Source: an uncultured Phycisphaerales bacterium (GTDB lineage Bacteria; Planctomycetota; Phycisphaerae; Tepidisphaerales; Tepidisphaeraceae). Taken from it: DNA of 64,000 bases. The stretch spans positions 1,472,001-1,536,000 of the forward strand of contig CAVWVQ010000003.1 in NCBI GenBank assembly GCA_963758525.1. Direction: 5' to 3'. This document shows positions 1 to 8,987 of this stretch, in pieces. A model generated the notes under the pieces. It did no database searches and was not told the origin of the DNA. It saw nothing but the letters and a program-made list of their open reading frames with translations. The first letter of the stretch is position 1. Every line of letters begins with the position of its first letter. The translations under genes and the position numbers were made by a program.

Positions 1-321
1 ACGATAAAAATAGCCTCCGAGTACTCCGACACGCCTTTGGGGCGGTTCCCTTCGGACGGAGACTACAACGGTACGCGATTTCGCGAAGAGTTTCTGCGGC
101 CGGCCCTCCAAGTGGAGGACAGGGTTGTTGTAGACATTGACGAGGTCGAAGGCTACGGCTCTTCGTTTCTGGAGGAGGCGTTTGGCGGACTCGTGCGAGG
201 CGGCGATTTCTCGGCGGATGGATTGCGAAAGAAGCTTGAGATTGCTTACAAAGACCCAGATTTCAAGATCTATGGGGATCTGATTTGGCGCTACATCGAG
301 GAAGCGAAGAAAGATAAGTGA
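1..321 (+). CDS. STAS-like (DUF4325-type) protein, 5' partial
   Basis: Frame open from base 1 (TIKIASEYSDTPLGRF..DGDYNGTRFRE..VVVDIDEVEGYGSSFLEEAFGGL); GRxxxDG, FRE and SSFLEEAFGGL motifs are typical of this family. Confidence 0.75.
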   Translation, partial: TIKIASEYSDTPLGRFPSDGDYNGTRFREEFLRPALQVEDRVVVDIDEVEGYGSSFLEEAFGGLVRGGDFSADGLRKKLEIAYKDPDFKIYGDLIWRYIEEAKKDK

Positions 322-334
322 GGGTGTTCGCTCA

Positions 335-817
335 ATGCACATACCACTGGAACTTCTGCGGGCCTTCGGGAACTATCTGGTTTATCTGTCGCCTTCTGTC
401 GTGGGCGTGTTCGTTGGCGGCATGTTCGTTCAGCGATACTGGATCAGTAAAGCGAATGAGTCAGCAATAATTGAGTATTTAACAAAGGAGTTGACTGACC
501 TGGTTGATGAGACGCTGGAGTATTGGAGCTTGGATTGCAGCGGCGAAACCAAGGAGGCGAAGGAGAATCGCAAGCAGGCAAAAAAGCTTGAGCAGAAAAT
601 TAAAGGGGCAATCAAGAATGCGAATTCCCTCCTCGTCCAGTACTCAAAACGATACTGCAAAAAGGTGGACTTCAGTTCGATAATGGGCGAGGTCAACGAC
701 GCATGCACCGGCGGGAAATTCGAAGTGGTCGACCGGGGTCCAGACACAGACCGCTTCCTGTCAGTGGTGAATGCAACGCATCGGGTGAGGTGGGAACTTT
801 TAAGTCGTCGCGTGTGA
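335..817 (+). CDS. Hypothetical protein with N-terminal transmembrane helix
   Basis: 160-aa ORF 13 nt after the STAS-like gene; hydrophobic segment YLVYLSPSVVGVFVGGMFV. Confidence 0.65.
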   Translation: MHIPLELLRAFGNYLVYLSPSVVGVFVGGMFVQRYWISKANESAIIEYLTKELTDLVDETLEYWSLDCSGETKEAKENRKQAKKLEQKIKGAIKNANSLLVQYSKRYCKKVDFSSIMGEVNDACTGGKFEVVDRGPDTDRFLSVVNATHRVRWELLSRRV

Positions 818-831
818 ACGCGCCCGCCGCC

Positions 832-1640
832 TCAACAAGAGCGGAAGTACGCCATCCGCTCATGCATCTTCTTGCAGTACGGCACGAAGAGTTGCAGCAG
901 CGTGTAGACGGTCTCCCGGCCGACGATCTCGCCTGTCGGATGACCTGAATCATTCCGAACCTTCCGAATCGTTTCCAGCACTCCGGCAAAACGGGTGTCC
1001 AACCCCTCCTTCACGTCGGGCGGAAATCCCCGATGTGCTGCTCGACGAGCCGCTTGAACTTGATCACCCGCTGCAGAATGGTCCGCTCCTTTGACACGGG
1101 CGCGAAGTTGGCTTTGAACTTCTGGCTGGCATCGGCGCTCTCCACTACCAGGAGGAAGACGTGCTCTGTCGCGACGCCGAGCATCACGGCCGCCGCCAGC
1201 ATGCAATTGGCACTGAAGGCGCGCATTGCCTCCCCGAGATACCTCATCGCCACGTCGTCGATCGCCGACACGTTCTCGCGGATGACCTTCTCGTAGGTCT
1301 GGACGTCGTGGAAGTGGTACGGTGGCGTACCAGCCAGCCGCTCGGCCGCAAAGCGTGTGAGTCGGAAGAATGGATAGCGCTCATTGCCCCCATCGACGCC
1401 GAGCGTAATGATGCCGTCGCGGAAAAGATCCCAGAACACTTCGCCCAGCAGAGTTAGATCGTCGTTCTGAAGCGTGGGCTGTGGATACGGATTCTGGCCC
1501 CGCAGAACGTTGTTTAGCGCGTATGCGACGCAAATGACGAGATGACCGAACTGGTTTGGCGGATAAGGTTGGACGGCGGGCGAGCGGTTCAGTAATACAT
1601 CGACCGCTGTCTGTCTCAGTTCTTCGTAGTTGTGGCTCAT
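832..1640 (-). CDS. HEPN-motif (Abi/DUF4145-like) protein, split by one frameshift near 1025
   Basis: MSHNYEELRQ.. frame continues in the 832 frame (DVKEGLDTRF..IRKVRNDSGHPTG); AAAVMLGVATE helix plus Rx4H motif RNDSGH. Confidence 0.6.
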
Positions 1641-1747
1641 CTCGTTTCCTGGTTGCCCGCAGTGTACACCGGCGAGCACCAATGCCGAGAAGCCCGCGAG
1701 GCGATCGTGGGTAGTTTACGCTGGAGCGACCAGCAGGAGTTTCCGCC

Positions 1748-2632
1748 ATGAGCAGCCACATGGATCGATTGCCGCTCGACGTGGCCAACGCCCTTCGTAA
1801 AGACAACGATGAGGTGATAGAGCTGTTTCGGATGTTGAACGCTCGGGAGGCCGGACTGAACCTACTGCCGCCCGCCGACGAGCCGGCCGCCCTCGCGATC
1901 GTTTGCCTCTGCGATCTTTCGCACATCCTGCAGTCGGCGGGGCAATCCATCCACGTCGCGACCACAGAATGGACGCTGCAGACGCAGTCTGGAGCTTTGG
2001 ATAGTCGTGAGGGTACAGCAATGGCCGTCTCGTCCTCGCGTCAGCATCTGGATCGGTCGATAGTTGCTCTGTCCGCTGCGTCAAATCACTTAGCGTCCGC
2101 GATGTGGCACCTTCACGAGAAGATATTTGAGCCCCTTGGGAGGGGCTACAAGAGCGCGGCGCAAGTGCGTCGCGAGTGGGCTGCGCGGACCGGTGTTGCA
2201 CCATCATCGCAAGCCACGCTCGACATCTTGCTGAATCATCCGGACTGGGTGACCGTGAGTACATACCGTGACGACTGGATTCACCGTGGCCTGCCGGTTC
2301 TGGTGGGAGAACTGCGGCAAGCGCGTCGCCGGATCTGGATGCTGCCGACGGACCCGCCGCCAGGAGAGTTTTTCCTGACGATCACTGCGCCAGACGGCCG
2401 AGTGGCGTATGCCGTCCAAGGCGACACTGGCACGCATGAGTTTCAAAAGCTGCTCAAGACAACGCGCGCTGCAATGTTCCTATTGATGAACGCCGTACGT
2501 TCGTTTCTGCCGCTGATCGACGAACGACTGACGGCCAGCGGCGCGCAGATCCACGAGAACGGCGTACGAATTACTCTGCGGGGACCATTCCGCCTCGACG
2601 TTTCGGTGAACCAGCCAGCGCCACCGCAATGA
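1748..2632 (+). CDS. Putative HEPN-domain protein (Cthe_2314-like)
   Basis: 294-aa ORF with AGGAG RBS; Rx4H motif YRDDWIHRG in a helical context. Confidence 0.55.
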   Translation: MSSHMDRLPLDVANALRKDNDEVIELFRMLNAREAGLNLLPPADEPAALAIVCLCDLSHILQSAGQSIHVATTEWTLQTQSGALDSREGTAMAVSSSRQHLDRSIVALSAASNHLASAMWHLHEKIFEPLGRGYKSAAQVRREWAARTGVAPSSQATLDILLNHPDWVTVSTYRDDWIHRGLPVLVGELRQARRRIWMLPTDPPPGEFFLTITAPDGRVAYAVQGDTGTHEFQKLLKTTRAAMFLLMNAVRSFLPLIDERLTASGAQIHENGVRITLRGPFRLDVSVNQPAPPQ

Positions 2633-2666
2633 CCTTGCCTGCTCACGCGATCGGATACTGTTGCAC

Positions 2667-2951
2667 ATGCCATTCCTCACCGAGAAACAGCACGCCGCAT
2701 ACTGCCTTGTGGATAAACGAGGGATCAAGCAGAAGACGCCGGAGATGATGGGGATCACGCGCGTGTCGCTCGCTCGCCTGCTCAATCGGGCCAGGAAGGC
2801 CGTGGCTGAAATCCGGCTGCAACTGGAATCGGTGGGATGCGATCCGAAGGTGACTGAGGGGATAATACAGAACCTTCACGTTCAGGATTCGTCGCGACGT
2901 CCAAAGAATCGGCTGGCACTCCAGCTCCGTTCGCTCGCTTCCATCCCATAG
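2667..2951 (+). CDS. Small sigma-70 region 4-like HTH protein
   Basis: LTEKQHAAYCL..EMMGITRVSLARLLNRARKAV matches the sigma region 4 HTH pattern. Confidence 0.5.
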   Translation: MPFLTEKQHAAYCLVDKRGIKQKTPEMMGITRVSLARLLNRARKAVAEIRLQLESVGCDPKVTEGIIQNLHVQDSSRRPKNRLALQLRSLASIP

Positions 2952-3103
2952 GCTCGAAGTGGCGGGAATGGTGGTTTTCCCGATGGTAGTAGTGCTGGAG
3001 CATTATGATCTTCGCATGCGGCGCCGAATGGCGGCAAATCGTTCTGCTTGAACCCTCAGGGTGTCGCGAATAGCGGCCATTGCCGGTATTACGGTCGGCT
3101 GAG

Positions 3104-3970
3104 ATGTCTTCAACACCGAAACAGAGCAGCATGGGGGCTGGCGTTGACCAGTCCGCCGCGAGAGAAAGCGCGGTTCGCTGGTTTCGAGAGCTGGCGCGGC
3201 GATTCGATCAATGCTTGGAATTCGCGAAGCAAGAAATTGGCAACATCCAGTATTTTGTTGACTCCAGCAGTACCGCAGATGACCTCCAGTCGCTTCTGAA
3301 GCCGAAAATTCTCATCGGGGTCGCGGGGCACTCAGAGTCATATCGCGATCTCTTGCGCGAGCTTGTTCCCGGCCAGCCCCTTGCGGAAGGGACTCTCGCT
3401 CGACTCTGCGGCTTCTATCTGATTCCCAGCGCCGCTCACCACGTAATCGATGCAGTTCATGTTCGGTTGCTCACGGAGCCGCTGGCACTCTGCCGCCCGC
3501 TGGAGTTGCCAGGTTCCGGGCCTTCCCTCGATGACTGGCTGCGACTCCGGGTGTTCTGGCGGGAGACTGTCCTGCCTGCGCTGAAAGAATCCGATCCTGC
3601 CAAGTTTCCGACAAGCCCGGACGATCCATGGACCGTTGCGTCGGAAAATGCCGCTGCGTGCCGGCTCTTGGCCGATTTGGTTCAGCGAGAACACCAACCG
3701 GTCCAGGGGCATTCTGAGTCAAGATCGGATCCTGTAGTCACCGAGTCAGACGACCGATTTCCTGCAGATCATTTCAGGTTGAAGTGGGGACTTAAACCAG
3801 ACACCCTCGCCAAGGCACAGAAGGATGGCCGTATGAAGCGAAGCGAGAAACGCGATGGGCGGTGGTTCCACTCTCTTTCGGAGGTGAAATCGCGTTATCC
3901 CGATGTGTTCTCCGGCAATGAGCTCCCGACAACGGCCGACGAAACAGGACGAAACACGAAACAGGAATGA
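3104..3970 (+). CDS. Hypothetical protein, possible C-terminal HTH
   Basis: Long ORF; C-terminal WGLKPDTLAKAQKDGRMKRSEKRDGRWFHSLSEV resembles a winged HTH. Confidence 0.55.
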   Translation: MSSTPKQSSMGAGVDQSAARESAVRWFRELARRFDQCLEFAKQEIGNIQYFVDSSSTADDLQSLLKPKILIGVAGHSESYRDLLRELVPGQPLAEGTLARLCGFYLIPSAAHHVIDAVHVRLLTEPLALCRPLELPGSGPSLDDWLRLRVFWRETVLPALKESDPAKFPTSPDDPWTVASENAAACRLLADLVQREHQPVQGHSESRSDPVVTESDDRFPADHFRLKWGLKPDTLAKAQKDGRMKRSEKRDGRWFHSLSEVKSRYPDVFSGNELPTTADETGRNTKQE

Positions 3971-4107
3971 TTCTGGTGGCCAATGAAAATCTTTGGCGGT
4001 CGAATGCGGACATGAAAAACTCGACGGCTTACAATGGAATGATTCGTCCGGGAGGGCAAGAAGGTTACAGGCTACCTGCGGCGCCCGCTGCAATCAGAGA
4101 GGAGGCG

Positions 4108-4344
4108 GTGAAAGGCTTGCCTGAATCACGCGATCCGGATCGGCAAACGATTCCGGCCTTACTGACGCTGGCACTGATCCGCTGCCACTATGTTCCCAGC
4201 GCCGAGCGAACAATTCGCCGGTGGATTTCAAGCGGCATCTTCCCCCGGCCGGATATTTCGATCGGCGGGAAAGTGCGATACTGGCGACGGGAGACGGTCG
4301 AGGGGTGGATACAGACGCTGGCAGCAGAAGAGAAACCACAATGA
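4108..4344 (+). CDS. AlpA/excisionase-like HTH protein
   Basis: GGAGG RBS then GTG; SAERTIRRWISSGIFPRPDISIGGKVRYWRRETVEGWI; directly upstream of the integrase. Confidence 0.75.
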   Translation: MKGLPESRDPDRQTIPALLTLALIRCHYVPSAERTIRRWISSGIFPRPDISIGGKVRYWRRETVEGWIQTLAAEEKPQ

Positions 4345-4412
4345 GAGCAAATCTCCGATGCGCCTCGCTGGGGGAAGGGGTGATGGGAGTTGGGACTGAA
4401 AGCTGGTGACAC

Positions 4413-5819
4413 ATGGCAAGCATCTTCAAACGCGGTCGATGGGTGGACAAACACGGGCGCAAGGTCCGCAAGGGAACTCCCGGCGCGGAGTGGCAGAAAT
4501 CCCGCTACTACACCGTGCAGGTTTTCGTCGACGGCAAGGCAAGGCTCTTCAAGGGATACACTGACAAGGGAGCATCCGAGCAACTGGGCGCGAAGCTAGA
4601 CCGCGACAAGGCCCGTGGGGAGCGAGGGCTGATCGATCCGTACAAGGCGCATCGCAAGCGGCATCTATCGGAGCATGTTGCCGATTGGATTACCGAGCTG
4701 CACCAACTTGGCCGTGATGATATCTACGTTGGATTGTGTGAGGCTCGCATGGCCCGACTGATTGCCGACTGTGGATGGAAAACACTTGCGGGCATCAATC
4801 CCGAAAACTTTATCGCCTGGCGAGAGACGGCGCAAGTAACGGTGGGGACAGCGAAGAAAAAGGGGAGCAACGTCAAGTCAATGGGAGCGCGCACGCAAAA
4901 TCACTATCTGGAAACGGCGCGAGCGTTCTGTCTGTGGGCGATCAAACGCAAGCGCATGGCCAGCAATCCGCTGGCCGATGTGCAAGGTGTCGAAACCGCC
5001 GGGCAGCTGCGCAGAGAACGTCGGGCGCTGCACGATGAAGAGATAACCGCTCTGCTCTCTGCGGTGCATCCGCGACATCAACTCGCCTACCGGATCATTC
5101 TCTCAACCGGCCTGAGGCGGGATGAATTGAAGCAACTGCGATGGGGTGACGTGAAACTCAATGCACCGATGCCCTGTATCGAACTGCGAGCCGAGACGAC
5201 GAAAGCCAAGCGTGCCGACGTGCTGCCCGTGCGGGCCGATCTGGCGGAGCTGCTGAAAGACGCCCGGGGAGAAGCCGGCGACGACGAGCGGGTCTGCCGG
5301 ACGCTGCCGTCGATGGAAACTCACAAGCGTTATCTCATGGCGGCGGGCATCGCCTACGAAGATGAGCAAGGCCGTCGGGTCGATTTCCATTCGCTGCGTC
5401 ACACCTATGGCACTCTGCTGGCCAAAGCGGGCATTGCGCCCCGCGTGGCCATGAGCATGATGCGGCATTCGGATATGAAACTCACGATGAACGTCTACAC
5501 CGATCCGCGTGTGTTTGATATGGCCGGCGCTGTGGAAAAACTGCCCGCACTGGCGGCGCACCAAGTCGTGACAGGGTCGGCAACAGGCACAGATGGACAA
5601 GCCGGGCGCAGCGAAAGCGTCAGTAGTTCATCGGCTGGGTTAGGGATGCGTTCAACAGAAACCGGCCGAGTTGAGTGGAAAGGCGAAACGGCATTAACTC
5701 TTGAAAGTGGCAGAGATAGGCAACAAAAGAGCCCGTCCGGCAGGGACGGGCAAAAAGAGCGGGCGAAGGGAGTTGAACCCTCAACATTCGGCTTGGAAAG
5801 CCGACACTCTGCCAATTGA
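4413..5819 (+). CDS. Tyrosine recombinase/integrase
   Basis: Catalytic motifs TGLRRDEL (R), TKAK (K), HSLRHT (HxxR), MRHS (H) and NVYT (Y). Confidence 0.95.
   Translation: MASIFKRGRWVDKHGRKVRKGTPGAEWQKSRYYTVQVFVDGKARLFKGYTDKGASEQLGAKLDRDKARGERGLIDPYKAHRKRHLSEHVADWITELHQLGRDDIYVGLCEARMARLIADCGWKTLAGINPENFIAWRETAQVTVGTAKKKGSNVKSMGARTQNHYLETARAFCLWAIKRKRMASNPLADVQGVETAGQLRRERRALHDEEITALLSAVHPRHQLAYRIILSTGLRRDELKQLRWGDVKLNAPMPCIELRAETTKAKRADVLPVRADLAELLKDARGEAGDDERVCRTLPSMETHKRYLMAAGIAYEDEQGRRVDFHSLRHTYGTLLAKAGIAPRVAMSMMRHSDMKLTMNVYTDPRVFDMAGAVEKLPALAAHQVVTGSATGTDGQAGRSESVSSSSAGLGMRSTETGRVEWKGETALTLESGRDRQQKSPSGRDGQKERAKGVEPSTFGLESRHSAN
5725..5751 (-). terminator. Intrinsic terminator downstream of tRNA-Gly
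   Basis: Minus strand GCCCGTCC-CTGCC-GGACGGGC followed by TCTTTT. Confidence 0.65.
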
Positions 5820-5830
5820 GTTACGCCCGC
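5758..5830 (-). tRNA. tRNA-Gly (anticodon TCC), no encoded CCA
   Basis: GCGGGCG/CGCCCGC acceptor stem, ACTC/GAGT D stem, TCGGC-TT-TCC-AA-GCCGA anticodon arm, GAGGG-TTCAACT-CCCTT T arm; 73 nt. Confidence 0.95.
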
Positions 5831-5846
5831 GAAAAGCGTCTGCAAA

Positions 5847-5876
5847 AGCGTACCGCACGGACCGCGGCAAGGTCAA
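5847..5876 (-). promoter_or_regulatory. Putative sigma70 promoter of tRNA-Gly
   Basis: TTGACC-18 nt-TACGCT on the minus strand, 16 nt before the tRNA. Confidence 0.5.
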
Positions 5877-5889
5877 CTCCGGAGCATCG

Positions 5890-7248
5890 CTACCGCACCC
5901 ACACGGTCTTCGCATTCACGAATTCGCGGATTCCGAGAGCGGCCAGCTCGCGGCCATGACCGCTGTTTTTGATGCCGCCGAAGGGGAGAGCCGGATCGGA
6001 TTTGACCGGGCCGTTCACGAAGACTGCCCCGGCTTCCAGCCGTGGAACGATCGTCTTTTCCGCGTGCGCGGCGTCATCCGTCCAGATGCTGGCGCCCAGG
6101 CCGAATCGCGACTGGTTGGCCAGGTGAATCGCGTGGTCGATTCCATCGGCGTGAATCAACGCCGCCACGGGGCCAAAAGTTTCTTCGTCGAACGCGGGCA
6201 TGCCGGGCGTGACGCCAGTCAGCAGCGTCGGCGGGTAGAAAAAACCGGTGCGCGGCAGCCGCTGGCCCCCCACGACCAGCCGCGCCCCGTCGGCGATCGA
6301 CCGCTGAACCTGGTCGTGAAGATGTTCGAGCAGATCGAGCCGCGCCAGCGGACCGATGCTGGTCTGGCGATCCATCGGATCGCCGATCTTCAGCGCACAG
6401 AGCGCCTCGACGAACGCGGCCTCAAACAGCTCGTTATCTCCGACAACGATGAACCGCTTGGAGGCGATGCAGCTCTGACCCGAATTGATGCAGCGCGCCG
6501 CCGCCGCGGCCTTCGCGGTCGCGCGGGGGTCGGCATCGGGAAGAACGATAAACGGATCGGAGCCGCCAAGCTCCAGCACGACTTTCTTCAGTGCCGCGCC
6601 CGCGATCGCGGCGACCGATCGCCCCGCCCGCTCGCTGCCGGTCAGCGTGACGGCTCGCACCACCGGGTCATGAATGATCGCTTCCACCGCCGGCGTGTCG
6701 ATCAGCAGCGACGTAAAAGCGCCGCGCGGAAACCCCGCATCGCGAAAAATGGATTCGATCGCCAGCGAGCAGCCCGACACATTGGGAGCGTGTTTCAGCA
6801 GCCCCACGTTGCCGGCCATCAGCGCCGGCGCGGCAAACCGAAAAACCTGCCAGAACGGGAAATTCCACGGCATGATCGCCAGCACCGCGCCGAGCGGCTC
6901 GTAGCGCACGCCGCTGCGCGTCGCGTCGCTTGCGATCGATTCCCGCGCGAGATACTCCGCCGCGTGTTGGGCGAAGTGTTCGCAACAGACGGCGCATTTC
7001 TCGATCTCCCCTTCGCCGGCAACGATCGGCTTTCCCATCTCCAGGGTCATCAGCTCCGCAAGCCCTTGCTTCCGCTCGCGCAAGATCGCCGCTGTCCTCC
7101 GCATGCCCGCGGCGCGATCGCTCATCCCCATCGCTGCGCATTGCAGCGCCGCAACGCCGGCAGCATCCAGCGCCTCCCGGACCTGCGACGGCGTGTGGTC
7201 GGCGTATTCGCGAAGCAGTTGCTCGGTGAATGGATTGACGCTGCGCAC
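5890..7248 (-). CDS. NAD(P)-dependent succinate-semialdehyde dehydrogenase-like aldehyde dehydrogenase
   Basis: IMPWNFP, TLTGSERAG, LELGGSDP, NSGQSCIA, EETFGP and PFGGIKNSGHGRE motifs. Confidence 0.9.
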   Translation of the reverse strand: MRSVNPFTEQLLREYADHTPSQVREALDAAGVAALQCAAMGMSDRAAGMRRTAAILRERKQGLAELMTLEMGKPIVAGEGEIEKCAVCCEHFAQHAAEYLARESIASDATRSGVRYEPLGAVLAIMPWNFPFWQVFRFAAPALMAGNVGLLKHAPNVSGCSLAIESIFRDAGFPRGAFTSLLIDTPAVEAIIHDPVVRAVTLTGSERAGRSVAAIAGAALKKVVLELGGSDPFIVLPDADPRATAKAAAAARCINSGQSCIASKRFIVVGDNELFEAAFVEALCALKIGDPMDRQTSIGPLARLDLLEHLHDQVQRSIADGARLVVGGQRLPRTGFFYPPTLLTGVTPGMPAFDEETFGPVAALIHADGIDHAIHLANQSRFGLGASIWTDDAAHAEKTIVPRLEAGAVFVNGPVKSDPALPFGGIKNSGHGRELAALGIREFVNAKTVWVR

Positions 7249-7313
7249 GAGAGAATTGTAGCGCCACTACCGCGCAAAAATCCGATCGCCGGACGGCCCC
7301 AATCTCCCCAATC

Positions 7314-7577
7314 GTGGCATGGGCGTCCCGCCCATGCGGGTCGCGCACAGCTTTACCAGGGACTCCCAATATCAAGAGCTTGTCTTGCTTCCGCGCCGCT
7401 AACGGGCGTGGCGCTCGAAAGTGGCGATCGGCTCCGAGTAGGGCGGGATTCATCCCGCCGATTTGTTGGCCGGCTGAGAAAACGGCGGGATGAATCCCGC
7501 CCTACGATCGCAAAATCTGCAATCGCCACAAATAAAAGTTACACCCGCCGCTAACACGGGCAGGATGCCCGCGTCAC
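7314..7577. repeat. Nested REP doublets: outer GTG(G/A)-type pair enclosing a GTAG-type REPIN
   Basis: GTGGCATGGGCGTCCCGCCCATG (7314-7336) inverted against CACGGGCAGGATGCCCGCGTCAC (7555-7577); inner GTAGGGCGGGATTCATCCCGCC ... GGCGGGATGAATCCCGCCCTAC (7438-7505). Confidence 0.8.
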
Positions 7578-7591
7578 GATCAAAGAAATTC

Positions 7592-8611
7592 TCACGGCTG
7601 CTGTCCGCCGGGAGCCGGCCGTGTGGCGGGCTGGTTGCCGTCATCCTGCAGCTCCGCCCTGCGCCGCTCCTGGAGTCGCTTGCGAACTTCGTCGGGCGAA
7701 CGTCCGCCGGACGTCCGTCCGTCCCTGCCCTCAGGACCACCGCCCGGACCGCCTGGACCACCAGGTCCGTCCCCGTCTGGCGGACCATCCGGACCGCCCC
7801 GGGGACCGTGGCGCATCCCAAATCCCTGGCGTCCGCCCATCGGGCCGCCCGGCCCGCGTTCTTCTCCGTCGCCCGGACCGAACCGTCCGCGCGGACCTTC
7901 CGGTCCTCCCATTTCATCGTCGCCCCTCGGCCCGCCGCGGTGCATTCCAAACCCGCCCATCGGCCCGTGCATCCAGCCGCCAGGTCTGTGCATTCCCATC
8001 GGACCCATTCCGAAGCGATGCATTCCACCCATCATCCCCGGCATGCCATGCATCCCGCGCATTCCTTCCGGCCCTCCGCGCCCCGGCCCACCGCCATCCA
8101 TCGGCGGAAGATCCTTCTCCACCAGCGTGACGGCGACCGTCGCCGGCGCTGCTTCATGGATGATCCCCAGTTTCACCTGGTCATTGGCCTTGTGCATGCG
8201 GATGAGCACCGCAAGCTGCTCTGGATTCACGATCAACTGATCGTCAACTTTGGTCAGCACGTCGAATTTCTGCACCCCCGCCTTGGCAGCCGGGCTGTCC
8301 GGAGCAACCTCATCGATCAGGAGTGCCGTCCCCTCCGCCAGCTTGAACTGCGCGCGAATCTCCGGTGACGCCGGCCGGGCGCCGATTCCCAGAAACGTCC
8401 CTTTGACCATCGGCCGCTCGTGAGGACGCATCCCCTCATGCCGAGGCCGCGTCGTCGGCCCGCCATCGCCCGGCTGCTTGTCGGCGGCGACCTGCGCATC
8501 AGCGTTATCCGGCGACGGGTGAGCGGGTGTGGAGTTCTCCGCCAGCACGAAACAAGGGATTCCCACCGCCGCGGCCGTGGTCAAAATGAGCTTCCAGCGA
8601 AAAACCTTCAT
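7592..8611 (-). CDS. Exported PDZ-domain protein with Gly/Pro/Met-rich low-complexity tail
   Basis: GGAGA RBS, signal peptide MKVFRWKLILTTAAAVG, PDZ signature FLGI..VAPDSPAAKAGVQKFDVLTKVDD. Confidence 0.85.
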   Translation of the reverse strand: MKVFRWKLILTTAAAVGIPCFVLAENSTPAHPSPDNADAQVAADKQPGDGGPTTRPRHEGMRPHERPMVKGTFLGIGARPASPEIRAQFKLAEGTALLIDEVAPDSPAAKAGVQKFDVLTKVDDQLIVNPEQLAVLIRMHKANDQVKLGIIHEAAPATVAVTLVEKDLPPMDGGGPGRGGPEGMRGMHGMPGMMGGMHRFGMGPMGMHRPGGWMHGPMGGFGMHRGGPRGDDEMGGPEGPRGRFGPGDGEERGPGGPMGGRQGFGMRHGPRGGPDGPPDGDGPGGPGGPGGGPEGRDGRTSGGRSPDEVRKRLQERRRAELQDDGNQPATRPAPGGQQP

Positions 8612-8987
8612 ACGGTCTCCAAAAAGGACGTGCTGCAATCAGCACAGCGATATGCGATCGGCTTCAGTCGCATCCGCGAGTGCCTGCCCTGTCGTGAAAA
8701 ACAGCGATTCATCATCGCCGACTTGTCTCTGCGAGGATAATGCACCGACTCGCGATCCAGTAACCGCGAAAAGACGAAATTCCGCCCTGCGACGCCAAAA
8801 TGCCCGGCGACAGAGTCGCTCGGCTCCGCGCTGGCGCGACCTCGGCACGCCTTTGGGGGAGTTGCGAATTTCCGTCATTGAAGGAACACGCGACCCCTTC
8901 CAGATTTTTTCATCCGGCTGCTGACCGGGCACGACGACAACCATAGCGCGAGAGCGACATTTGTGCGTCAGATTTCTTGCTTCGCGG

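Larger units (their letters stand above)
1..5757. mobile_element. Right end of an integrative element/genomic island inserted at the 3' end of tRNA-Gly; left end lies outside the window
   Basis: Tyrosine integrase and AlpA/Xis-like HTH gene abut the tRNA 3' end; cargo is accessory or hypothetical; second att copy not seen in the window. Confidence 0.8.

Noticed and set aside
5701..7554. 617-aa + strand ORF
   Set aside because: Antisense shadow of the aldehyde dehydrogenase, tRNA and REP repeats; Arg-rich with no motifs
7623..8240. Collagen-like GPPGPP ORF on +
   Set aside because: Reverse complement of the Gly/Pro-rich tail of the PDZ gene
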